64,000 nt of DNA from an uncultured Acidimicrobiaceae bacterium (GCA_964648795.1 CAZYMB010000005.1:44345-108344); one strand, 5' to 3'. Numbered from the stretch's first letter, positions 47,910 to 57,725 are shown. The notes: a model not told the origin generated them from the letters alone. Numbers and translations are program-made.

Positions 47910-49721
47910 ATGATTCTGGACCGCATTACATCTCCTAGCGATGTACAGAACCTAACCACTTCAGAACTCAGCCAGCTCAGTGAAGAAATCCGCCAAGCCA
48001 TAATTTCTCAGGTTGAATCCGGCGGTGGACACCTTGGTTCTAACCTCGGGATTGTTGAGTTGACCATTGCTCTACACTCCGCTTTGAATTCGCCTAAAGA
48101 TGCCATTCTTTTCGATACAGGACACCAAACCTATGTCCACAAGCTTCTAACCGGCCGCTACTCCAAATTCGATACCCTACGAACCGAAGGTGGTTTGTCT
48201 GGCTATCCATCACGTTCTGAGAGCGAACACGACTGGATAGAGAACAGTCACGCCTCAACAGTTCTGAGTTACGCACACGGAATGGCCTTAGCCAAAGCAC
48301 AAAACAATGACACGGGTCGAATTGTTGCCGTAATTGGAGACGGGTCGATGACTGGAGGCATGGCCTTCGAAGGTTTGAACAACCTTGGGCATTCCGGTTC
48401 GAATGTGACGATCATCTTTAACGACAACGGCCGTTCATACGCTCCAACAGTCTCCCTACTTTCACAAAGCCTTTCTGAGATTCGCTCTAACCCAACCTAC
48501 GTTAAGCGACAACGCCGCTTAGAAAACTTCGTTCGCAAGGTCCCTGTAGTGGGCAACTGGTGGTATTCGTCTATCCGATCAAGCAAGGCTGCTGTCCGAG
48601 AATTTATAGAACCCACAGCTTTCTTTGAACCGCTCGGTGTTAGATATCTTGGACCTTTCGATGGTCACAATATTGAGAAGTTAACAGAAGTAATTTCCAA
48701 GTCAGACGAGCTCGAGGGCCCCACCGTTATACACGTCTTAACCCAAAAGGGTAAAGGCTATGCACCAGCTGAGAACGACCCAATCAAAAATATGCACGAT
48801 CTTGGGGCTGTTAAACCTGATAGCTATACAGAAGCTTTTTCGAATTCGATAGTCGAGCTAGCCGATAAACATTCAGACGTTGTAGCGATTACCGCAGCAA
48901 TGCCCGATTCGACTGGGCTCCTTCCATTTGCAGAGAAGTTTCCAGACCGGTTCTTAGATGTTGGTATTGCCGAACAACACGCTGTTACATCCGCTGCCGG
49001 CATGACAATCGGTGGCATGCGTCCAGTTGTAGCTCTTTATTCAACATTCTTATCCCGAGCCTTTGATCAACTTAATTTGGATGTTGGTCTACACCGCCAA
49101 CCAGTCATTTTCTGTCTTGATCGTGCCGGAGTTACTGGAGATGATGGTGCCTCGCACCATGGCATTTTGGATATGGTGCTCGCTGCCAAAGTTCCAGGCA
49201 TGACAATCCTTTGCCCATCTTCTTATGAAGAGTTGGGACAAATGCTATTCGATGCATACAAAATTACCGACGGACCAACCTGTATCCGCTGGCCCAAGAC
49301 TAAAGCGTTAAAAGACCAACCCACAGGTTCTGGACTGCTTGCCCGTCAAGTGAAAGCTGGCAAACGATGCTGCATCGTTGGCGTTGGCAAGATGCTCGAG
49401 ACCGCTCTTGAAGTCGCAGAGCTCCTCGAAGCAGATGGCATCTCAACAACTGTCTGGGATCCAAGAGTCGTTCTCCCCTTCGACTCAGCAATGATAGAGA
49501 ACGCTTCTACACACGACTTAGTTGTCTCGATTGAAGATGGACTAATCGATGGAGGCGTAGGTTCTCGTCTACGCTGCGAATTTGACCATGACACCAAAGT
49601 AGAGATCTTTGGTTTACCCACAGAACACATCGACCACGCCAAACCGGACGCTATCTTCGTTCGCTACAATCTGACAGCGCCAGACATAGCTAAGCGCTGC
49701 GTCGAAGTGCTTAATACTTAA
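47910..49721 (+). CDS. dxs: 1-deoxy-D-xylulose-5-phosphate synthase
   Basis: GGHLGSNLG, FDTGHQTY.HK, GDGSMTGGMAFEGLN, YLGPFDGH, DVGIAEQHA, DRAG.TG.DG.SH. Confidence 0.96.
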   Translation: MILDRITSPSDVQNLTTSELSQLSEEIRQAIISQVESGGGHLGSNLGIVELTIALHSALNSPKDAILFDTGHQTYVHKLLTGRYSKFDTLRTEGGLSGYPSRSESEHDWIENSHASTVLSYAHGMALAKAQNNDTGRIVAVIGDGSMTGGMAFEGLNNLGHSGSNVTIIFNDNGRSYAPTVSLLSQSLSEIRSNPTYVKRQRRLENFVRKVPVVGNWWYSSIRSSKAAVREFIEPTAFFEPLGVRYLGPFDGHNIEKLTEVISKSDELEGPTVIHVLTQKGKGYAPAENDPIKNMHDLGAVKPDSYTEAFSNSIVELADKHSDVVAITAAMPDSTGLLPFAEKFPDRFLDVGIAEQHAVTSAAGMTIGGMRPVVALYSTFLSRAFDQLNLDVGLHRQPVIFCLDRAGVTGDDGASHHGILDMVLAAKVPGMTILCPSSYEELGQMLFDAYKITDGPTCIRWPKTKALKDQPTGSGLLARQVKAGKRCCIVGVGKMLETALEVAELLEADGISTTVWDPRVVLPFDSAMIENASTHDLVVSIEDGLIDGGVGSRLRCEFDHDTKVEIFGLPTEHIDHAKPDAIFVRYNLTAPDIAKRCVEVLNT

Positions 49722-49762
49722 GTTCTACCTCCGTCGGGGCCTATCAACTAAGCTCGAGCACA

Positions 49763-50350
49763 ATGGACCCGAGACCATACACATTGACCGCCGTATCGCT
49801 CGGCATCGTTGCCGTTGCCGTCTTCGGGCTTCATGTGCTCGCCCCTGTAGTCGATCGCAGCGGTCGAATTGGGATAAGAAGAACAATTGAATCTGCCCAA
49901 CTTGAATATGTGACTGCTGTTGCAATTGCCAGCATGGCCGGCTCGCTCATAATGAGCGAAGTAGTTGGGTTCATCCCCTGCCGTCTGTGCTGGATCCAAA
50001 GAGGATTCATGTACCCAGCAGCGGCCTTGCTGCTTATAGAAACTCTTCATGTAAACATCAGAAAGAGACCAACCGGAGCAATACTATCTGACAGACTCGC
50101 CCGAGTTCCTCTAGGAGCAGTCATAGCAGTTATTCTAGCTGTTGGCGGGCTAGGCGTATCGGTCTACCATCGCTGGATTCAGGCACAGGACGGTCCGAGT
50201 GGATTTTGCGATGCAGCAGCACCCTGTAGTGCCAAGTACTTCAACTACTTCGGCGTCGTCTCAATCCCAGTTCTGGCAGCAGTTGGCTTTGTCTCGATTA
50301 TTTATTTCGGAACACGAACAATTCGTGCTTTCAGCTCGACAAAGCACTAG
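49763..50350 (+). CDS. DsbB/BdbC-type disulfide bond formation membrane protein
   Basis: PCRLCWIQR..MYP, second Cys pair CDAAAPC, multiple TMs. Confidence 0.9.
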   Translation: MDPRPYTLTAVSLGIVAVAVFGLHVLAPVVDRSGRIGIRRTIESAQLEYVTAVAIASMAGSLIMSEVVGFIPCRLCWIQRGFMYPAAALLLIETLHVNIRKRPTGAILSDRLARVPLGAVIAVILAVGGLGVSVYHRWIQAQDGPSGFCDAAAPCSAKYFNYFGVVSIPVLAAVGFVSIIYFGTRTIRAFSSTKH

Positions 50351-50383
50351 ATTTAGACTCGTATTTATGGCCGGAGGTCTCCA

Positions 50384-51106
50384 ATGACTACAACACTCGA
50401 TGAAAACAACGGATCTGGAAAGCTCTTTGCGCTAGCAATTCTTGCCCTCGTGGCTGCCGGAATCGTGGGCGTTATCTTTGCTGCTCAGGGGCGTGCCGAA
50501 CTTCCACCACAAGTAGCTCTATCAGAAGCAGCTCCCGCAATTGAGGGTATCGAAGAGTTCGAGACAATCAGTGGTGTCCCATTTGATCCGACATTTCCAC
50601 AACTAGTAGTCGACGGAGATCCGCTTCCCCCACTAATAGACTCAGCGACCGACGAATTTGTTGGAACTGAGTTCCCAACAATCACAAGCACCAATTTTGA
50701 GGGTGAAGAAGTCTCCATTGAAGCAGACGGACGAGCCAAGGTTATCTACTACCTAGCCCACGGCTGCCCTTTCTGTCAGGCCGAAGTTCCCGAAGTAATT
50801 GACCTAGTTGAAGAAGGCCTACTACCTGAAGATCTAGACATCTACGGAGTCGTAACTCTGACAGACCCCGGCCAAGGAGAATACCCGCCAAGTGCCTGGC
50901 TCGAAAATGAGAACTGGGATTTCCCAGTGCTTCTAGACGACGATGTCGCTACAGCATTTAACGCAGCAGGTTCAACGGGTACGCCGTTTATCGTTGCCTT
51001 AGATGGAGACAACAATATTCTTGCCCGAGTGTCAGGTCGAATTCAGCCAGCAGAAGCTGTAGTTACCTTCTGGGAAGAAACTGCCGCGTCTGAATCTGCT
51101 GGCTAG
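50384..51106 (+). CDS. Membrane-anchored thioredoxin-like (TlpA/DsbA-type) oxidoreductase
   Basis: GGAGGT SD, N-terminal TM, AHGCPFCQAEVP, GTPF cis-Pro loop. Confidence 0.88.
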   Translation: MTTTLDENNGSGKLFALAILALVAAGIVGVIFAAQGRAELPPQVALSEAAPAIEGIEEFETISGVPFDPTFPQLVVDGDPLPPLIDSATDEFVGTEFPTITSTNFEGEEVSIEADGRAKVIYYLAHGCPFCQAEVPEVIDLVEEGLLPEDLDIYGVVTLTDPGQGEYPPSAWLENENWDFPVLLDDDVATAFNAAGSTGTPFIVALDGDNNILARVSGRIQPAEAVVTFWEETAASESAG

Positions 51107-51142
51107 ATCTATTTTATTGACCGCCAGGTAGGATCACTTTAG

Positions 51143-51763
51143 ATGGCTAACAAAGAAATACCACTAACTGTTTCTCCCGCTGCACTCGACGTTGTCCTAG
51201 AAACACGATCACTAGAAGAAGACCCAGAACGCTCGGCACTAGCAGTCTCAGTTTCTGGCGCCACGATGACAGAGTTCATCTACGAACTAGAGATTGTCCA
51301 CTTAGACAATGTTGCCGCAGATAGCGCTGTATACACCCAAGGCGAACATGATGAGCTTAGTGTTGTAGTCCCGAAGGACTCGGCTGAAGTTCTGAATGGA
51401 GCCGAACTTGACATTGCACAAGGCACAACAAACGGACTAGTAATACGCAACCCAAACAAGCCGGATCCACTGTTTGGGAAAGAACTAAATCTTGAAGGCT
51501 CTCTGGCAGATCAGGCGAAGCAAGTTCTAAACGAAGCAATAAACCCAGCACTAGCTTCGCACGGCGGCTTCGCCGAACTCGTCGGCGTATCTGATGAGAA
51601 CATTGCCTTTGTAACTATGGGCGGTGGTTGCCAAGGCTGTGCAGCCAGTGCAATGACCCTTCAAGATGGCATCAAAACAATGCTTATGGACGCCTTGGGT
51701 GAGTTAGTAGACGTCGTTGATTCAACCGACCATTCGGCCGGAGAAAATCCCTTCTACACTTAA
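51143..51763 (+). CDS. NfuA-like Fe-S carrier (degenerate HesB N-domain + NifU C-domain)
   Basis: INPALASHGGFAELV, MGGGCQGC. Confidence 0.92.
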   Translation: MANKEIPLTVSPAALDVVLETRSLEEDPERSALAVSVSGATMTEFIYELEIVHLDNVAADSAVYTQGEHDELSVVVPKDSAEVLNGAELDIAQGTTNGLVIRNPNKPDPLFGKELNLEGSLADQAKQVLNEAINPALASHGGFAELVGVSDENIAFVTMGGGCQGCAASAMTLQDGIKTMLMDALGELVDVVDSTDHSAGENPFYT

Positions 51764-51779
51764 TCTACGCCAAGGACTG

Positions 51780-53330
51780 TTAGGGCTGCTGAAGCGTAGG
51801 CCTTGTGGAATCCAGGTCAAACCAACGCTCTGGGTCCATCTCGTTAGCCGGCGTTGGCACAGCAAAGAAATAGCCTTGAACGTTGTGAACGCCCAAGCTC
51901 AATAAGGCTCGTAATTGTTCTTCGGTCTCGACTCCTTCGGCAACAATATTAAGATCCAATGCTTTGGCCATAGTCACGATTGCTTCAATTATTGCTCGGT
52001 CAGCGTCACTGGAGTTGATATCAGTTACAAACTTTTCGGCTATCTTGAGCGTCGAAACCATATCAAGTTCTTTAATTGAGTTAAGTGATGACTGTCCAGT
52101 TCCAAAATCATCAATTGCAAGGTTGATTCCAAGGTCACTTAGAGATCGAAGCTTCGCCAAGTGGTCACCCTGTCCAATAATAATGTCCTCAGTAATTTCT
52201 AGAATCAGCTGTGATGGCTCCAAACCTGCCCAGCCCAAGATCTCCATTACTTGATACTGAAGGTTAGGGTCGACGAGCTGTGGTTCTGAAAGGTTGATAC
52301 TCATCTTTACATTCTGAGCACCACCGGCAATGTGGTTCCACAAAGCAGCCTGTGTACAAGCTTCACGCATAACTATGTCAGATATCTTTCCTAACATGCC
52401 CGCTTCGTTTGCTACATCTAAGAAACCACCAGGGGTAACGATTCCGGTTTCAGGGTGCCGCCAACGAACTAGCGCCTCGAATGCATAAAGGTTCTCGTTA
52501 GCCAGGTTTACGATTGGCTGGTAGTAGACAACAAACTGGTTCTCTTCGAGAGCGGTTGCAAGGTCACGCTCAACTTCTAGACGCTGAACACTCAATTGGT
52601 GCTGTTTCTCGTCAAACACTGCGTAACCAGAACGTTCTCTCTTGGCTTTGAACATCGCTGAGTCAGCATCTCTTACAAGGTCTGCGGAACTAACGTTTTC
52701 CTGACCTTGGTAGATCGCAATTCCAATACTCGTAGCAGCCAAATGTGTTCGACCTCCCAGTATTACTGGTTCGGCGAAAGACTTAAGAATCGAATTAGCT
52801 ACTGAGATAACTGAGTCACTTGAAAGCAGCCCTCGAGACAATATGACGAATTCGTCTCCGCCAAAACGTGCAACTACGTCAGTCGAACGCACTGATGCCT
52901 TAAGTTTTTCCGCAACAATCTGAAGAAGTTGGTCGCCAACATCGTGGCCCATCGTGTCGTTAATAACCTTAAATCGGTCTAAGTCCAAGAACAACACACC
53001 GAGCACAAGGTCGTTTCGTTCTGCGTCCTCGATAGAGGTCTCGAGCTCATTCATTAGACCTGAACGGTTGAGGAGTTGTGTTAGCGGGTCGTGAATTGCT
53101 TCGTGTTTTGCCTCTGTAGCTTCCAAGTCGACAGCTTCGTACTTGGATAGGACACCAACTGAACCTATGCAAAAGCCAATCAGAGTGATAACCACGGCAA
53201 GTACGGCAGTCCAAAGACCACCAACGAAATCACTAAGAAAAACTTGTCCAGCTACTACACCAATACAGCCAAAAACCAGTCCCCAGGCAAGCATCTGGAC
53301 GATTGGTTTTCGGGTAGGAACTTGCGCCAT
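51780..53330 (-). CDS. Membrane-bound GGDEF-EAL diguanylate cyclase/phosphodiesterase
   Basis: 2 TMs, HDPLTQLLNR, DLDRFK.INDT.GH..GD, RFGGDEF, YYQPIV, FEALVRW, LEITE, IDDFGTG, VAEGVETEEQ, QGYFF. Confidence 0.95.
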   Translation of the reverse strand: MAQVPTRKPIVQMLAWGLVFGCIGVVAGQVFLSDFVGGLWTAVLAVVITLIGFCIGSVGVLSKYEAVDLEATEAKHEAIHDPLTQLLNRSGLMNELETSIEDAERNDLVLGVLFLDLDRFKVINDTMGHDVGDQLLQIVAEKLKASVRSTDVVARFGGDEFVILSRGLLSSDSVISVANSILKSFAEPVILGGRTHLAATSIGIAIYQGQENVSSADLVRDADSAMFKAKRERSGYAVFDEKQHQLSVQRLEVERDLATALEENQFVVYYQPIVNLANENLYAFEALVRWRHPETGIVTPGGFLDVANEAGMLGKISDIVMREACTQAALWNHIAGGAQNVKMSINLSEPQLVDPNLQYQVMEILGWAGLEPSQLILEITEDIIIGQGDHLAKLRSLSDLGINLAIDDFGTGQSSLNSIKELDMVSTLKIAEKFVTDINSSDADRAIIEAIVTMAKALDLNIVAEGVETEEQLRALLSLGVHNVQGYFFAVPTPANEMDPERWFDLDSTRPTLQQP

Positions 53331-53435
53331 CCTTTCCTAACGGCTCTTTAGAGCAATTTCTTAGCTTAAAGAGTCAAATTAACCTCTACCGATTGACTAC
53401 TTTTGGCCGATACTAAGTATTGGAAGTGACTATTT

Positions 53436-54203
53436 ATGGGCAATCAGATCCAAAACCCGGAAAATGCCAGATATTCACGCCATGCTGACCTGACTCTTGC
53501 ATTCAACATCTTTGGAGAGGGAATGCGTGAATTCGTCGAAGACGAAATGACTCTACATCTCGAAAGCGAGGAGTGGTTTGGAGAAGCCGCAGCAAAGCTC
53601 GGCCGCTCAGCGCAACACGATGCCTCGGATCCTTATTTCCAGCTTCTTGTCCTTAAACGATTCTGGGGACCAGTTTTTTCCAAACGGTACTCAGAAGACT
53701 TGAGACCAGTGGTCGATGAGCTAGTCGAGATAAGAAACCTATGGGCTCACTTCTCGATACCTGGTGACGTCGATAAGTTGGATCGTGCAGTCATAATTAT
53801 GGAAAGACTCCTAGCCCCGATTAATGCTGACGCTGCAGTAGCCGTACGCTCGGTTAGATACCGACTCAAGCACCCCCGCACGGGAGAAACCCCTGAGCCG
53901 ACCGAAGAAGAAAAGTTAGCTCTACGAAACAAGCTTGACTTAGCCAGAGAAAAAGTAGAGAACATAAGTCAGCATAACTCGCAGCTGTCTACTCAACTTG
54001 CTCACACTCGTAGGATCTCAGCAGGCAAACAACTGAAACTGAGCGGCCTTGAGAACCAGTTGGTTGATATTCAATCTAAGGCTGATGCCCTCGAAGATCA
54101 CTTACGTGAGCAACGGAAACGACATGATCGTATCGAATGGCTCTTTGCTGCATTCTTACTCTGCTTCTTGCTAGCAGTGTTGATTACTTCTGGCCTTGGC
54201 TAA
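53436..54203 (+). CDS. Swt1-like HEPN domain protein with coiled coil and C-terminal TM anchor
   Basis: L....F.E.MR.FV, W, DPY..L......W..VF, V.EL..IRNLWAH (RxxxxH at 53733-53750), D...RA....ERLL..I. Then heptad-like segment and WLFAAFLLCFLLAVLITSGLG. Confidence 0.8.
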   Translation: MGNQIQNPENARYSRHADLTLAFNIFGEGMREFVEDEMTLHLESEEWFGEAAAKLGRSAQHDASDPYFQLLVLKRFWGPVFSKRYSEDLRPVVDELVEIRNLWAHFSIPGDVDKLDRAVIIMERLLAPINADAAVAVRSVRYRLKHPRTGETPEPTEEEKLALRNKLDLAREKVENISQHNSQLSTQLAHTRRISAGKQLKLSGLENQLVDIQSKADALEDHLREQRKRHDRIEWLFAAFLLCFLLAVLITSGLG

Positions 54204-54269
54204 GTTCGCCAAATCAGGTCCGGGACGTCTAACCAACAGCACCAAAGTATCGACTAAGCTCTTCGGGGT

Positions 54270-55400
54270 ATGTCAGCTGCTACAACCACTCCATCAAAAG
54301 CTCCTAAATGGGTGAAATCTGCGATTACCTATTGGTGGGTTGTAGGCGCAGGTATCTTATTCACCTACTGGGTTGCTAATACCCTGCGCAGCCTTTTGAT
54401 TCAGCTGATTATTGCTTTGTTCTTAGCTCTGGCCATGCATCCACTGGTTGAGCGGCTACACAAACGAGGTATGAAGCGCGGCTTGGCAACGGGCATAGCA
54501 ATGCTTCTTGTCTTTGCCTTCTTTGGCGTATTCATTGGAGTAATGGGCAACTTAGTCGTTAATCAGCTGAGGGATCTAATTAATGAGATCCCTGGCTATA
54601 CAACCTCTATTTCTCAATGGTCTGAATCCACCTTTGACTTCACAATTGATGCAGACGAAGTAACCGATCAGATTCAAGACCGACTTGGTGGCTCGATCGA
54701 CACTATTGCCAACTCAGCACTCAACTTCTCTGGAACAATTGTTGGACTTTTATTTCAGGTGTTAACGGTTTCGCTGTTTGCGTTCTACCTCTCCGCAGAT
54801 GGACCCAAACTCAGACGCGTAATGTGTTCTCTATTTCGTGAAGAGAAACAAGTCGAAGTTATTCGAATCTGGGAACTAGCCATTGACAAAACAGGAGCAT
54901 TTATTTCCTCTCGAGTAATTCTGGCAATCGCCTCAGCTGCTTTCCACGCTCTCGTGTTTTGGATAGTCGGGGTACCTTCACCGATCGCCCTTGGAATTTG
55001 GGTCGGCATTGTTTCTCAATTTGTTCCAGTGATTGGTACCTATATCTCTGGGATCTTGCCGGCTTTGATTGCACTGGCAGATAATCCGATCAATGCTCTC
55101 TGGGTTGTCGCAGTAATTCTGGGATACCAGCAGATTGAGAACTATCTGCTTCAACCACGCATAACAGCACAAACCCTAAATATGCACCCCGCTATTGCTT
55201 TTGGAGGGGTGCTAGCTGGCTCGAGCCTTCTTGGCGCTACTGGCGCTGTCTTAGCCCTCCCATTCATTGCCACTGCACAAGCCGTTATGGACACCTATGT
55301 AGACCGCCACAACGTTATAGATTCCGAACTCTTAGATAGACGCTCTGCAGAGCGTAACCATGAAGAAGACCCTGAAGAGACCTCTGATAGCGAGGAATAA
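54270..55400 (+). CDS. AI-2E family (PerM/TqsA) transporter
   Basis: Multi-TM, F.PVIGTY, YQQIENYLLQPRI.A..L.MHP, LG..GA.LALP. Confidence 0.92.
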   Translation: MSAATTTPSKAPKWVKSAITYWWVVGAGILFTYWVANTLRSLLIQLIIALFLALAMHPLVERLHKRGMKRGLATGIAMLLVFAFFGVFIGVMGNLVVNQLRDLINEIPGYTTSISQWSESTFDFTIDADEVTDQIQDRLGGSIDTIANSALNFSGTIVGLLFQVLTVSLFAFYLSADGPKLRRVMCSLFREEKQVEVIRIWELAIDKTGAFISSRVILAIASAAFHALVFWIVGVPSPIALGIWVGIVSQFVPVIGTYISGILPALIALADNPINALWVVAVILGYQQIENYLLQPRITAQTLNMHPAIAFGGVLAGSSLLGATGAVLALPFIATAQAVMDTYVDRHNVIDSELLDRRSAERNHEEDPEETSDSEE

Positions 55401-55439
55401 CTTGCTATAGAACCTCTTAACGAATTACACTGACCTACC

Positions 55440-56078
55440 GTGACAGCAGCAACCCTTCCTCAGCCCGTTCTAATCGACTTAGTCGCCTCCAAGCGCTTCC
55501 TAGGTATCAACCTACGCAGCCTGCTAGGCGTTACATTCTTTGCAATGCTGACAGCAGTACTCGCACAGGTTTCAATCCCGTTGTCGTTTACTCCTGTACC
55601 AATTACTGGGCAGACATTAGCGGTCCTACTTTCCGGTGCAGCTCTCGGACCAAGACTCGGATCAGCGTCCCAGCTTCTATACATTGGCCTTGGGGCAGCA
55701 GGCTTTTCTGTATTCGCCGACCGAGGAAGTGGCATCACAAGCTCCGGACCAAACGGCGCTGAGCTAATTCCGACATTTGGATACCTGGTCGGTTTTGTGG
55801 TCGCAGCGTACATAGTTGGCGTCATGGCAAAAAGAGGACAAGACCGATCGGCATTCTCAGCGATCCCAGCATTCCTTGCCGGCAGCGTTGTAATCTACAT
55901 CTTTGGTGCAACATTTCTTAGCTACTCATTAGATGTTCCATTTGCAGCTCCGCTAGATGAAGCCAGCGCCCTGGCCTTCGGTATTGCTCCATTTGTTATT
56001 GGGGATGTTCTCAAGGCGCTTGTTGCAGGTTTAGCTCTGCCAGCAGCCTGGAAGCTCTTTGGTTCTAGCTACAGCTAG
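55440..56078 (+). CDS. bioY: Biotin transporter BioY
   Basis: AQVSIPL..TPVPITGQTLAVLLSGA.LG, Y...GA.GF.VFA, PTFGYL.GF, PFVIGDVLK. Confidence 0.95.
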   Translation: MTAATLPQPVLIDLVASKRFLGINLRSLLGVTFFAMLTAVLAQVSIPLSFTPVPITGQTLAVLLSGAALGPRLGSASQLLYIGLGAAGFSVFADRGSGITSSGPNGAELIPTFGYLVGFVVAAYIVGVMAKRGQDRSAFSAIPAFLAGSVVIYIFGATFLSYSLDVPFAAPLDEASALAFGIAPFVIGDVLKALVAGLALPAAWKLFGSSYS

Positions 56079-56134
56079 CCACGTCGACTAAACTCGATTG
56101 AAATAATAAATAGCAAAGAGGTGTTAACTAAGTT

Positions 56135-56380
56135 ATGTCTAATTCTGTTGATTTTTATTGGAGACCAGGCTGCCCATTTTGTATGATGCTCGAGAAGGGC
56201 CTAGAGAAAAAAGGCATCGAGATGGTCAAGCACAACATCTGGGAAGATTCGAAGGCTGCCGATTACGTGCGGAGCGTAGCTGATGGAAATGAGACGGTAC
56301 CAACGGTTAAGATTGGTGAGCAAGTCCGAGTAAATCCAAGTGCGCGTGAAGTCGAGAAGCTCCTAAAAAAGGAGAGCTAG
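56135..56380 (+). CDS. Glutaredoxin/mycoredoxin-like protein
   Basis: YWRPGCPFC, NIWED..AA..VRSVADGNETVPTV, NPS. Confidence 0.9.
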   Translation: MSNSVDFYWRPGCPFCMMLEKGLEKKGIEMVKHNIWEDSKAADYVRSVADGNETVPTVKIGEQVRVNPSAREVEKLLKKES

Positions 56381-56514
56381 ATACTAGCTTCAACAACCTC
56401 GAGGCACGCTCAACAAGAATCTTGCTGTTTCGTTTGAACTCCTTCGCAGGCCGCGCTAATGTGCTTATGGCCTCAGCGTCGAGGGCGAAGAGCTGAAATA
56501 GTTAGGAAAAGCCT

Positions 56515-56754
56515 GTGTCCCAAGCAAACGATCGTAAAGCCCTCCATGCATACCTTAGTGACGAGGCACACGATAAGTGGCACGGTTTCGCTGCCGAGCA
56601 AGGCGTTAGCGTCTCCGCAATGCTTGAAGCTCTCGCTCCGGAACTCAACCTAGAGGGCAAACTCACTCATGAAGAACTTGGTGAACGCCTTAACATAGTT
56701 GTTAAGTCTGCCCGAAAGATCGATGCAGACCGTCGGCGACGCAAAAAAGCATAG
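56515..56754 (+). CDS. Small ribbon-helix-helix-like DNA-binding protein
   Basis: Strand RKALHAYLS, helix DEAHDKWHGFAAEQ, G-VSVSAMLEAL helix, basic tail RRRRKK. Confidence 0.65.
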   Translation: MSQANDRKALHAYLSDEAHDKWHGFAAEQGVSVSAMLEALAPELNLEGKLTHEELGERLNIVVKSARKIDADRRRRKKA

Positions 56755-56824
56755 CCCTCGAGTCTTCGCCTATTTAAATCGATAAGCACAGGCATACTAG
56801 AAGCCTGCCTAGTCATTCCATTTA

Positions 56825-57715
56825 CTAAGAGAACGCCTGCCACCAACCAGCGGCACCAACGAGTCCCACAGAGTCTCCTATTTCGGCGCTGAGGACTTTT
56901 GCTGGCTTCACACCCTTAGGGCCAAACTCGTTAAGTAGCTTTTCAATTCGAGGCAGAACCAAGTCAGCATTAAGGCCGACTCCCCCTCCAATTACAACAG
57001 CTTGAGGAGCATACAACCAAGCCAGGTTTACAATTCCTGCAGCTGCACCCATGATGCCTTTGTCAAAAACTTTGGTAGCTACTTCATCTCCGTTTTGAAC
57101 CAGCTCAACCAGTTCTTCTGTAGTTACTTCTAGTCCAGCAGCCTTTGCTTGCTCGGCTAAATTTGGACCCGAACCTAGCATCTCTGGGGTGTGCCGATCT
57201 CCTGACATAGCAGCCCCTATATCGACCATTACATGGCCTATATCATTTGCTGCATACTTGCCGTGGACAAGTTTGCCACCCAGGACTACCCCACCACCAA
57301 TACCGGTTGAAATGGTGACGTAGACAATGTCGCTGTAACTCTTTCCCGCTCCAAAGGCTGACTCTCCTACTGCCGCCAAATCAGCGTCATTTGCGAGACT
57401 AACCTCTAGCCCGCTTCTAGCTGAAATCCATTGAGCAGTAAGCGATGGAATCCAGCCTTGGGGCAGATTTGGCACATAGACAGCTCTTTGTAATTCGTAG
57501 TCGATGATCCCTGGAATGCCGACTACAACTTTGGTTGCGTCGAAACCCTTTGTCACCTCTGCAATACCTGCAACTACGATGTCTGGAAACTCTTCTGCAT
57601 GGTTGGTTCTTTCTTTGACCTGATGAAGGATCTCCCCCGTACAGCTGACCACAGCCGCTCTACAATTTGTTCCACCAAGGTCTATTGCTACTGTATTTGG
57701 TTCTTCCACACCCAC
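56825..57715 (-). CDS. ROK family sugar kinase (glucokinase-like)
   Basis: IDLGGTN, GIPG, NLP, ANDADLAAVGE..FGAG, TISTGIGGG, IGH. The Cys-rich zinc motif is absent. Start is probably GTG at 57709. Confidence 0.92.
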   Translation of the reverse strand: MGVEEPNTVAIDLGGTNCRAAVVSCTGEILHQVKERTNHAEEFPDIVVAGIAEVTKGFDATKVVVGIPGIIDYELQRAVYVPNLPQGWIPSLTAQWISARSGLEVSLANDADLAAVGESAFGAGKSYSDIVYVTISTGIGGGVVLGGKLVHGKYAANDIGHVMVDIGAAMSGDRHTPEMLGSGPNLAEQAKAAGLEVTTEELVELVQNGDEVATKVFDKGIMGAAAGIVNLAWLYAPQAVVIGGGVGLNADLVLPRIEKLLNEFGPKGVKPAKVLSAEIGDSVGLVGAAGWWQAFS

Positions 57716-57725
57716 GATACTAGGC

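Noticed and set aside
56479-56770. Inverted segments flanking the RHH-like ORF (tcgagggc/gccctcga, ggcgaaga/tcttcgcc) as type I toxin-like 5'-3' pairing or IS ends
   Set aside because: The two pairings overlap and are not nested, the ORF is not a hydrophobic toxin, and there is no transposase or target duplication.
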